Positions 12,886-23,366 of a DNA stretch of 64,000 nt are shown piece by piece. The notes below the pieces were generated by a model that saw only the letters and a list, made by a program, of their open reading frames with translations, was not told the DNA's origin and did not search any database. The stretch covers positions 1 through 64,000 of the forward strand of contig CM060732.1 in NCBI GenBank assembly GCA_030704615.1. The letters are read 5' to 3'. How positions within the stretch are numbered: position 1 is the stretch's first letter; each line of letters begins with the position of its first letter. This DNA comes from Takakia lepidozioides. Its lineage: Eukaryota; Plantae; Bryophyta. Position numbers and translations under genes: made by a program.

Positions 12886-14492
12886 ATGGGAGCTGGGGAG
12901 GGATCGCAGGGGGGCGAAGCAACACAGTCAACTTTGGATACTCCTGCCCGGGTGCTGCGCTCGCAAGGTGGAAGTGCATCGAGGCAAGCGAGTCCTCAGT
13001 CAACACCTCAGATATCGCCTCAGAAAAGCCCACCCAGAGTTCGGAAGTCGAGGAAGCAGAAGGAGCCCATGGTTTCGCCAGTAAAACCCCTAGGGAGACT
13101 GGAAGCGGAGATATTGGGTTTGCAGTCAATTTCAAAAAACACGAATGCGGTGGAGGCCGCTGGAGATGTGGGAGTTGGATCTGCAGAAGGGCGGCCCATT
13201 GAGCTGACAGAAGGAGAGGACGACAACGTGGTACGACTTGGCGACGATCAGAACCTGCTGGAGCTTGCGGAGAAGCAAAACCTCCAGGACATTTCTTTCT
13301 CTGCAGACTCTTATCTTTCAGGCATTTTACTTCGTGAAGAAACATTAGAAATTCAAATTACGTGAAACAGGAAGACTTGTTGATTCCACAGTTGATCCAC
13401 TGGAGTATAACGTCCTGTTCAACCATGTGGGAGAGAAGGACATTCTTTGTGATTTGTCGGGCAAGCCATGGAGGTATGGCAGGACCAGGAGTCCTGCATT
13501 CATCCCAGACGCTCATGGAAACATGTACGGATGTTGAAGGCAGGGTCCTCGACATCACTGCAAATACAGGTGAGAACGTTAATTGAATGCGGCACCAAAA
13601 TTGACACCATTTCCGTTTGTGTATGTTTGCTTGTGCGAGGAAGCGACTCATTCTTGAGTTTGGTTGTGGTTGTGTCGTATGAATTTGCAGGTGCCTGTAT
13701 GTGGGCGGGAAGGATGTCGAACCGATTTGTGTTCTCATTTGAGGGGGATACGGCCTTGTACGATTACAATTTGGCGGGCCTTCAGTGTTGGCCTCCGACT
13801 GAGGATCCCAAAAACGCAGAAGATGACATGGAAGGGGAGGAGGAAGATGAAGAGGAGGAAGTCCAGGAAATTCGTTCGATGCAGGGGCGCCCGAAGCCGC
13901 TTCCCCCAATGCCTGTCTTCGAGTGAGTTGCACCATAGTAAGTGTATTGGTTTCGGTTGTAGGGACCATGCAACCTGCCGATGATTCCCTGTTTGAATTC
14001 TCTAATGTACTTCATTCTATGTTTGTGCGTACACTCAGCCTTGCAGAGTCGTCCGACGAGGAGAAGCTGGGAGACTTGCCCGAATCGGACCCTGTTGCAG
14101 AGGAGGAGACAAAATCGCATCGGCCATTCTTTGCCAGAAAATCGTTTCTCGCGAGTCCCCAGAAGCCTTTTTTTCTACCAGCCTATGCAGACACGGCTGC
14201 CAGAGAAGCCATCAGGAGGGAGGATAGGCCTACTCGGTTAGAGCAATTGACATACGGGAATGAGCAGAGAATTATAATGAGGCGTGAGGCCAAACATAGA
14301 ATTGTGAAAGGCAGAGTAGGGAAGTTCGTAATAGAATCCGCGTCCGAGAGCGAGGGGAATGTTGAGGACACTTCCGCACCCAGGTGGACAGTTCCGGCTG
14401 GTGAGGATGGTATTTTTGAGGGGAGGGCTTCTCAGAGTAACAGCGGTAGCGACAGTGCAGGTTCGGAGGCAGGTGGAAGGCAGCCATCCTAA
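12886..14492 (+). pseudogene. MULE-1 accessory gene remnant, unknown function
   Basis: Exon-like ORFs 12886-13365, 13691-13923 and about 14047-14492 with GT/AG borders; S/Q/acidic low-complexity segments; divergent from the transposase remnant. Confidence 0.4.
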
Positions 14493-15148
14493 CACTTAAT
14501 GAAAATATTTTTGAAAAATCATTGTGTTCAGACTGCTTGTCCGATTCCCTATATTTCTTCCGCCAACCAAAATGTATAATAAAAGCAGAAGAGACGCAAA
14601 CTTCAGTGAAGAACCCTACAAGTAATTTATGCACACCATCGAGCTGATAACTTGAAGCCATGAAAACCCGCCGTTTCTAACATTCCTATTGGGAAATTTG
14701 GCGCCGAAATAGCCCAATGCGCGCCTTCGTTATATGGGCCTCAAAAATTCCGCGGATGAATTACTGTACCAAAATATCGCGATGGAAGCCTTCAGCACAA
14801 GGCACTTCAGCACATTCCACTTGGGTATTTCGGCGCCCAAATAGCCCGTTCTGCGCCATTAAATACCGCACTATATCACATTTTAAGAGGTAATTTCGGT
14901 GCCGAAATACCCCGGTGGATGTCTTCAAAACACCATTTCAGCACACTGCTCTTGGGAATAACGGCGCCGAAATACCTCATTCCGCATCTTGGACCAGGAG
15001 AAACAGACCCTATTACCGAGGTAAGAGGACATAACACCGTCAATAAAGGCAGGAAAATTCCAATTCCGCGGATGTCCGCTCATGAGCTCATAGGCTCATG
15101 GGCTCATGGGCTCATGCGCTCATGAAATAGTAAACCTCAATGCTGGTT

Positions 15149-18100
15149 TCCTCTTCAGTTGGTGTTGCTGTCACTACACCACAGTAGATACCTTTCAAAC
15201 AACTTAGGCTTTCCAGCCGCATCTCTGCAACCTGCTCCCACTCTGGGTGTGTAGCAAATAGGGTAGCTTCCTGCTCCTCATCCAATCCTCCTTTCCAGTC
15301 ATACTCTCTGACTCATCGAGGTCTTCTTGTAGCAGGTAATCTACTAGATTTCTTTGTGGTAATTTGTATCTCGTGTATCCCATTATGCACGGTTAGTAAC
15401 TGAGAATTCCAGTCATGGAATACCCTGGCCTGTTTCAGCCACGGACGTCCCAATAATAAGGAGTAAGCCTCCATGACTTCATCCATTTTCAACACAGTTA
15501 CTGTGATCATAAAGATCATCTTCTGTATCTGTATCTTAACTCCTCTTATTAATCCCAATGGCTGTACACTTCTTTGATCTGCCATTGTTACTGTAAATGG
15601 GGCTGGTTTCATGTTAGTTAGACCAAGCTTCTTCCTTAATTGGTCTGTCATGATATTTACTCCAGAACCACCATCTATCAGTACATCTGTTAGTTCTGTG
15701 CTTCCAATTCTCAATTGGATTACTGGCATAGAATCATCAAAGTCCATGACTGTTTCTCGCCCTTCCGACTTCACATTATAACTGGTCACCTTGCTGTTCA
15801 GGTCTGTGTTTCCTGTCTCTTGGGCAATTCGATTGATTGCTTGATACAGCCTGTGCCTACAATAAGGTGCCACAGCTAATAGCTGTCCAATGGTAATTTC
15901 TGCTTTGGTCTGGCATATTACTTCAACCAAAGTCTCTTCATTACTTTGCATGTCTGCATCCTCTTTCTTCCTTTCTTCCTCACTCCCTTCTTTTTCTCCA
16001 TCCGAATCAGAGGAATCTGCCACAGGAATATCAGTACTCTTTTGCATTTCCCTTATAGTATCTGCCACTTCCTTGTGCAGTTCCTTCTCATCTTTCCAAG
16101 TCTCTTCATCTTCAGGCATATCATTGCCACTTCCATTATCATCTTCTTCCTCTTCTACTGGAGGTATTAGTTTGGCTTTACTTCTTGTTACTATCATTGT
16201 ACTTACTTCTGGTACAACACATGGCCTAACCATGTGAGCTGCCACCACTGGGCCCTCATTCACAGGAGCTCTCATCTCATTCTGGTGTCTTATCCAGAAT
16301 GAACAGGCTGCCTTGCGATGTCCTGGCTGATTACAATAGTAACATAGCTCTTCACCATTGGGTCTTCGCCCTTGGTCTGTTCTTGGGTTATTTCTATAAT
16401 CCTGATTCCCGGGCTGGTAATTCCCCCTTGGATTACCCTGATAGTTGCCTCTGGAATTTCCTTGGTAATTCCCTCTTGAATTACCTCTCCCTTCCATGCC
16501 ATTGTTATAACCACCAGACCTACCATAGTGGTCCTGATCATTGTTTCTTCTTGGCTGGGGCTGCACCTGATGCACCCTTACTTGCCTAGGTTCTCTTGCA
16601 GCTGTCCTTCTGTTGTAGTAACAATTCTCAGTAGAATGGTTATCCATTTTACAGATAGTACAATGTTTCTCCTTCATGTGGCATTCTGTGGTGGTATGGC
16701 CTTCATTTTGGCACTTTGCACACCATACACCCTTCCTCCAATGTGTTGCAGCCTCTGTGGCATACTTCTTCAAGATTTCTTCCAATTTTTTTTCATAGTT
16801 ATCCCTCTTCAACTTCTCCTTTCTCTTACTCTTTCTTTTTAGTTCTTGCTCTTCTTCTTCATCTGACTCATCCTCAGAGTCCTCATCTTCCTTTTTCTCT
16901 CTCCTGAGCATTCCCAATTGCTCAATTCTGTTTGCAGTTTCAAATGCCTCCTCCACTGTATTATGGGGTACATATCCACTTTCTTTTGCAACTCTGGTCT
17001 TAGTCCACTCACAAACCAAGTCTTCTGTAAACCGGGCGCTAGTACTGCAGCCAGCTTTTTCATCATCAATTCCATCTTCTCCATATACTCTTCAACAGTT
17101 TCATGCTTCTTCTGCTTCAGCTGTTGTAAACTTCCATACACTTCATCCTCAGTTTTACTTGTCCTGAACCTATTTCGAAATGCTGTATTCAAGCCATTCC
17201 AGGTTAGGAAATGATTATCAGGGAATCTTGCATACCATTCACTTGCTTTCTTGATAAGTGAACAAGGAAACAGTCTCATCTTGGCATCATCGCCATTCTC
17301 ATTGTTCACTATACACATGTGCTCAAATTGGCTAATGTGTACATCGGGATCCCCTTTTCCTGAATATATTGGAAAGGGTGGTTTTGCCCGTGTTGGTTGT
17401 AACGCCATCTGTGGCCCTACCTTCTGCCCACTGACAGGTGCTGGCACCCTTGCTGGTGCTGGTCCTTCTGGACCTGTCGTTTTTGTGGTGGATCTTCCAC
17501 CAAGTGGTGGCCCTTGAGCACTCCCTGCTTCTTGCCCCACAATATTCACAGTATTTCCAGCTTCAGTTGCACTACTTCCCACACTCCCTGTCCCCCCAGA
17601 GCCAGATCCAGGCAGCCCGCCTGATCCCCCTGAGCCGACACCTTCGTTGGCCTGTGATCCAAGTGCTCCACTTGATCCAGGTCCAACGGGTTGGGATGTC
17701 CTGGTTGTAGTCTCAACCTCAGCTGTTGGGTCTACTTCTTCATATTCTTCCTCTTCCAATTTCTTCTCTCTGTTTTCATCCTCCAAGTTCTGCCCTTGGG
17801 TTTCTTCTTCACTCATGTAACTCAACTGCAATGGTGTTGGAGAGTCTGAACTCTCCGTTGGCCCTGCCACATCCTCTTCTCCTTCTTCACCTTCTGCTTC
17901 AGAAACTGGAGTTCCTGCTTTAGGTGTTCCATGCCAACTCTTATCAAAGATTTCTGTCAAATCTTTTATCCAGGGATGTACCTCAGATCTTTCACCTTGT
18001 GATTGATCTTCTTCCCGTACCAATTCCCTTAATCTTTCTTGCAAAGAAAAAGAAGGAGTGGCATCCAACTCTAGTTCTTCCGGTATGGGTGATGTACTCC

Positions 18101-18239
18101 CTGATCTTAATGGTGTGAGAGGTCCAGATGATTCCCCTATGTCTATTCCTCTCTCCCAAAGATATGGATAATTAGCTTTCAGATAACTTTCTCTTTTTGC
18201 TGAATATCTCTGGAGTCTAGCTTCTCTTTCATCACTCAT
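15149..18239 (-). pseudogene. G1-a gag + aspartic protease
   Basis: Retrotrans_gag-like core (DPDVHISQFE..RLFPCSL..ASEWY), several CCHC knuckles (CAKCQNEGHTTTEC, CTICKMDNHSTENC, CYYCNQPGHRKAAC) and protease VLIDGGSGVNIM. Frameshift near 16960, stop at 15313. Confidence 0.92.
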
Positions 18240-18260
18240 GTCCCATGTCTTTCATTTCTT

Positions 18261-18956
18261 TTAATGTGGCAATAACCAAAACTCTCTTCTATAATATCTC
18301 TCATATATGCCTGGGTTTCTTTCAAGCTTCAATGCACCCTTGGCTATACTAGAAGTCTCCGTTACCATATAACCATATGGCAAACAAGTCTGGAAAGCTG
18401 TTCTTGGTGTGAGTTTGATCCACAAAATATCCTTTGGAATCCAATTCTTTACCAGTACAAGCTCTTCATGCATATGAGTATAAACATTCACCTTTCTTTC
18501 CTCCTAGCCTTCAAACTCTACTCGCTTAATGGATAGCAATGCTATCACATAAACCAGTGTTGGTAACCAACGTGCTCTTCCTCTACAGGCCACCTGATAA
18601 ATCTTTATCACTCCTTTCTCCAGACCCCACTCAGGGTCAGCATCATGCACTCTCTTAAGAATGTTTTCTTTACAACCGTCTGGCAAATCCAAGAACCTCT
18701 GAAAGAATCGTTTGGACAATCTTTCCTTCTCAGTTTCACAGGGAATTTGATTCACATCAAATTCTTTAATTCTCCATCCACCATGATCCCACCAGATGCC
18801 TGTCACATCTGGTTGTTCATGTCCCAGTTCCCCAGTATGGTCGCCAAATGTTGCGCGGCTTTTACTCACCCATCCCTTCGCTATCCGAGGCAGGAACTCC
18901 AAGATAGAAGAGTTGGAAATCTCTAAGCACTCAGCCCGCTCAGAACAATCAGTCAT
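18261..18956 (-). pseudogene. G1-a extra 5' ORF upstream of gag
   Basis: Same ORF as 22650-23345, with a TGG>TAG stop at 18504-18506. Confidence 0.6.
18829..18846 (-). promoter_or_regulatory. Primer-binding site TGGCGACCATACTGGGGA (tRNA-Arg-like)
   Basis: Two nucleotides inside the LTR end; same sequence at 22760-22777. Confidence 0.8.
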
Positions 18957-19869
18957 GACCTACAGCTAGTGTATCATGGGGGTGTTTCCTATTTGTATTC
19001 CTTCCCGTATTCATGTTAGCTAGTTACCTTAATGTTGGTATTTAAGTATCAGATTGCTTCAGCAATCTATCGATTCCATCAACTCATCCATTCATTCCAC
19101 AGCTTCACTCAGATCTCTCTACACAATGTGAGTATGAAGTATGTATCAGATTAATATCTATCAAGTATCAGGCTGAAGCCATGGAGTCTCTAATCTTCTC
19201 TACATTACAACTATACTGCTTCCATTTCATCAAGCATCAACAGATCGTTCTCCTCCTACTCCGTGCTCTCCCTCTTTCTACTCCGATATGCGCTCTCCGC
19301 TTCATTTCCAAGAAGTGATGCCAGACCTCCTCCCAGAAGTAGTCCCTTGAAGTTATCCCTCGAAGTGATCCCCCCAGATGTCCCCGCTTCTTGCTTTATC
19401 TATTTACAAGCCGTTCTAACCGCTTTCCTAACTAACCGTTATCTCTGTAGTACACGTTCATTTTTCAGATGTCGTTCCCCCACAGTCGTTCCCTGCCAAT
19501 GGTAATTGTTCCCCAGCTGTGCCGAGCTGTGACTGGTTGTATCAGGCTGTGGCGGGCTATGACTGGCTGTGTCGGACTGTGTAGGGCTGTGCGAAACTGT
19601 GGCGGCTGTGACTGGCTGTGTCGGGATGTGTAGGGCTGTGCGAAGCTGTGGCGGCTGTGTTGGGCTGTGACGGGCTGTATTGGACTGTGATGGACTGTGT
19701 CGGGCTGTGTCGGGCTGTGTCGAGCTGTGACTGGCTGTATCAGGATGTGGCGGGCTGTGACTAGTTTATGTAAAAAATAAGGGTACCCCTTGGAACCCAT
19801 AAAAGTGTCTACGTCCCAGACCCCACAGAACCCATAAAAGTGCCTTAAGTCCCAGACAGTCCTCTAACA
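18849..19869 (-). repeat. G1-a 5' LTR
   Basis: TG...CA termini (TGTTAGAGG...GCGCAACA), homologous to 21809-22757, 28584-29510 and 54453-55431. Confidence 0.92.
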
Positions 19870-19979
19870 GGCTGGCCTAGCTAGCAACTCTTGCAACCGT
19901 GCAGCTGCCGCTTGCCACTCCTACATCCGTTCTAGGAAATACCCAACTCAATTTATCACTCTAGTTCCTATGCTCAATT

Positions 19980-21808
19980 GCATCTGCTACTCTTTGTAAT
20001 CCAACATGCATGAACATTTTTGCTCGATTGTCCCACCGTTGACTGGGTCATAAAAGTATTCATTCACAGCTTCTCCTCGTCTCTGTTACATGTTTCTAGA
20101 TACTTATCATGTTGTCACATTAGCAGTATTATGTCAAAGTCACTCCAAACTATTTAAGGTTCACTCAACCAGCTAACTTGCAGAATTCAACATTTAGGGC
20201 CGATTCTGATAAGAGGGAAAAACAGTGTGAAACGTGCTGAAGAAGGTGCCTTCATGAGCAACGTCTGATTTTATCAATCGTGTCGATGCTGCTGCGGCTT
20301 CCAGTTGACCATCTACCCATGCAGGTTTCTTGTAGCTATCCTTCCACAGGGAGTCATAGGTGATCTGAAGCTTGAAATCCGGCCCTCTTGGATGAATCTG
20401 GACCCACACTCCATCCCGCGCTCCTTTAGCTATCCATGCCTTTGCACAAATCATGCATACATCCTTGCCTTGTTGCTAGCAACTGACAATGACAGCCTAG
20501 AATTCATGCAGCAAACACGACACCACATCTCGTTCAGCCATACTGTCGAACACTCCCTTTGCATCCTCGATGCTCCCACATTTGGCATACATGTTCACTA
20601 GGGCAGTGTTCAGGATCACATCTGGTACAATTCCAGCTCTGACGAGGTCGCCATGCACCTCTTTGCCCTTTTCCAGGGCTGCCACTAGGCTTGCACGCGC
20701 ACTACAAACGCACACAAACGTGATGTTGTTGGGCTTCACCCCTTCCACCATCATTTGCTCATAGGTCTCCAAAGCCTTCATCTCGCGCCCTTGCTGTGCA
20801 TACCCTGCAAGCTTTGCCACAACACCACATTTCGTTCAGCCATATTGTTGAACACTCCCTTTTGCATCCTCGATGCTCCCACATTTGGCATACATGTCCA
20901 CCAGGGCAGTGTTCAGGATCACATCTGGTACAATTCCAACTCTGATGATGTTGACCCCAACCACACTTATCACACGCGTCCCTATGCTGACTTGCGCCTG
21001 CTTCCAACATGCATTCACCTTTTTGTCTCCATTGTCCCACCATTGACTGGGGTTGAAAAAGTGTTCATTCCAAAACTTTTCCTCATCGCTGTTATCTGTT
21101 TTGGATACTTTCCTGCTGCCCCATCGGCAGTAACTTGTCAAAGTCACTCCAAATCACCACAGATCCATCCAACGAGCTAACGTACATAATTTAGTATGCA
21201 AATTCAGGGTCGAGTCTGATGAGAGGGGAAAACAGGCTGAAATAGGTCGAAGAAGAAGGTGCCTCACCACATTGTCCTTGACCTTGTGTCAAGACCCCTG
21301 GAGAATTTGACCGACCATGAATACATCCTCACCCTCTTGTGTGTGCTGCTTGTGGATTGGATTGGGCTGTGAGAACCACCATGGTGCAGCTAAGCAGGCA
21401 GAGATTGAAACACGACCGCAAAGACCAAGCTGACTCTCCCAAGAACCTTGTAAACATCAGGAAGAATAGGTACCAAATTATGGTACTAAAAGGAGCCAAG
21501 AGCCTTCATTTGCAAGATGGAACCTCCTCCAGAGCTCCTAATCACTCCTACACCACCATAGATCCACCAACGAGCTAACCTGCAAAAATTTAGGGCCGAC
21601 TCTGAAAACAGGGAAAAACAAGCTGAAATGCATTGAAGAAGGTGCCTTCATTAGCAGTGCCTTGTACTATCAATTGTGTTGTTGCCGCTGCTGTTTCCAG
21701 TTGACCATCTACCCACGCAAATTTCTTGTAGCTATTGATCCACAGGGAATCAGAACTAATCTTGTGTTTGAAATCCGGCCCCCTTGGTGAATCTGGACCT
21801 GTACCCCT
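19980..21808 (-). pseudogene. Repeated fragments of an OSB/PTAC9-like organellar ssDNA-binding protein gene (PDF motifs)
   Basis: HPRGPDFKL...LWKDSYKKPAWVDGQLE, EEKFWNEHFFNPSQWWDN and NEYFYDPSQRWDNRAK in several degenerate copies. Continues at 29923-30310 on the far side of G1-b. Confidence 0.65.
20497..20950 (-). pseudogene. PLS-class PPR gene fragment, partly duplicated
   Basis: AGYAQQG..ALETYEQMMVEGVKPNNITFVCV..A..LEKGKEVH..GIVPDVILNTALVNMYAKCGSIEDAKGVFDSMAERDVVS. About 120 bp is duplicated (20520-20640 and 20822-20945). Confidence 0.88.
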
Positions 21809-22757
21809 TGTTAGAGGGCTGCTTGGGACTTAGACGCTTTTACGGGATCTGTGGGGTACCCTTAATTTTTACACAGACTAAGACCAACAGGAGCCTTAGG
21901 GGTGACAGCAACAGGCTTTAGGGGGGAGATACACAGCCCGACACAGTCCATCACAGCCCGACACAACCGTCACAGCCCGTCACAGTCCAACACAGCACGT
22001 CACAGCCAACATAGCCCGTCACAGCCGACACAGCCCGACACAGTCGCACAACCAGTCACAGCTCGACACAGTCCAACACAGCCCGTCACAGCCCGACACA
22101 GCCAGTCACAGCTCGGCACAGCTGGGGAACAGTTACCATTGGCAGGGAACGACTGTGGGGAAACGACATCTGAAAAAGGAACGTGTACTACAGAGATAAC
22201 GGTTAGTTAGAAAAGCAGTTAGAACGGCTTGTAAATAGATAAAGCGAGAAGCGGGGAGATCGGGGGATCACTTCTTGGTGGGGGACTTCTTACATCAAGG
22301 TTGGGAAATAGGGGGGAGAACACATCTCTGAGTGGAAAGATGAAGAGCACGGAGTAGGAGAAGTGATGATCTGTTGTTACTTGATGAATGCAAGCTGTAG
22401 AATTGTAATGTAGAGTAGATTAGAGACACCATGGCTTCAGCCTGATACTTGATAGATATTAATCTGATACATACTTCATACTCACACTGTGTAGAGAGAC
22501 CTGAGTGAAGCTGTGGAAAGAATGGATGGAACTTGATAGATTTCTGAAGCAAACTGATACTTAATTGCAGATAGTAAGGTAACTCGCTAACATGAATGCG
22601 GGAAGGAGTACAATTAGGAAACACCCCCATGATACACTAGCTGTAGGTCATGATTGATTGTTCTGAGCGGGCTGAGTGCTTAGAGATTTCCAACTCTTCT
22701 ATCTTGGAGTTCCCACCTTGGATAGCAAAGGGATGGGTGAGTAAAAGCCGCTCGACA
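21809..22757 (+). repeat. G1-b 5' LTR
   Basis: TGTTAGAGGG...GCCGCTCGACA followed by tt-TGGCGACC. Confidence 0.92.
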
Positions 22758-23345
22758 TTTGGCGACCATACTGGGGAACTGGGTCATGAACAACCAGATG
22801 TGACAGGCATCTGGTGGGATCATGGTGGATGGAGAATTAAAGAATTTGATGTGAATCAAATTCCCTGTGAAACTGAGAAGGAAAGATTGTCCAAACGATT
22901 CTTTCAGAGGTTCTTGGAATTGCTAGACGGTTGTAAGGAAAACATTCTTAAAAGAGTGCATGATGCTGACCCTGAATGGGGTCTGGAGAAAGGAGTGATA
23001 AAGATTTATCAGGTGGCCTGTAGAGGAAGAGCACGTTGGTTACCAACACTGGTTTATGTGATAGCATTGCTATCCATTAAGCGAGTAGAGTTTGAAGGCT
23101 GGGAGGAAAGAAAGGTGAATGTTTATACTCATATGCATGAAGAGCTTGTACTGGTAAAGAATTGGATTCCAAAGGATATTTTGTGGATCAAACTCACACC
23201 AAGAACAGCTTTCCAGACTTGTTTGCCATATGGTTATATGGTAACGGAGACTTCTAGTATAGCCAAGGGTGCATTGAAGCTTGAAAGAAACCCAGGCATA
23301 TACGAGAGATATTACAGAGGAGAGTTTTGGTTATTGCCACATTAA
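22650..23345 (+). CDS. G1 extra 5' ORF (231 aa, unknown function), starting inside the LTR
   Basis: Open frame, nearly identical in G1-a; ends 21 nt before the gag ATG. Confidence 0.5.
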   Translation: MIDCSERAECLEISNSSILEFPPWIAKGWVSKSRSTFGDHTGELGHEQPDVTGIWWDHGGWRIKEFDVNQIPCETEKERLSKRFFQRFLELLDGCKENILKRVHDADPEWGLEKGVIKIYQVACRGRARWLPTLVYVIALLSIKRVEFEGWEERKVNVYTHMHEELVLVKNWIPKDILWIKLTPRTAFQTCLPYGYMVTETSSIAKGALKLERNPGIYERYYRGEFWLLPH

Positions 23346-23366
23346 GAGAAATGAAAGACATGGGAC

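Larger units (their letters stand above)
7648..15138. mobile_element. Non-autonomous Mutator-like element (MULE-1), 7.5 kb
   Basis: Perfect 10-bp TSD AATGCTGGTT (7638-7647 and 15139-15148). Imperfect TIRs GGGGGTTGCTATTCCATAAGCTCATGAGC versus rc GAGGTTTACTATTTCATGAGCGCATGAGC (23/29). Removing it restores the pol frame TEEETSI|YPSHFYEE. Contains a SWIM remnant. Confidence 0.9.
2136..19869 (-). mobile_element. Gypsy LTR retrotransposon G1-a (non-chromovirus, Athila/Phygy/Selgy-like), 3' truncated, interrupted by a MULE
   Basis: 5' LTR 18849-19869, PBS, 5' extra ORF, gag, protease, RT, RNase H and integrase in Gypsy order, then a 3' extra ORF. No chromodomain and no extra archaeal-type RNase H seen. 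No 3' LTR in the window. Left boundary approximate. Confidence 0.9.
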
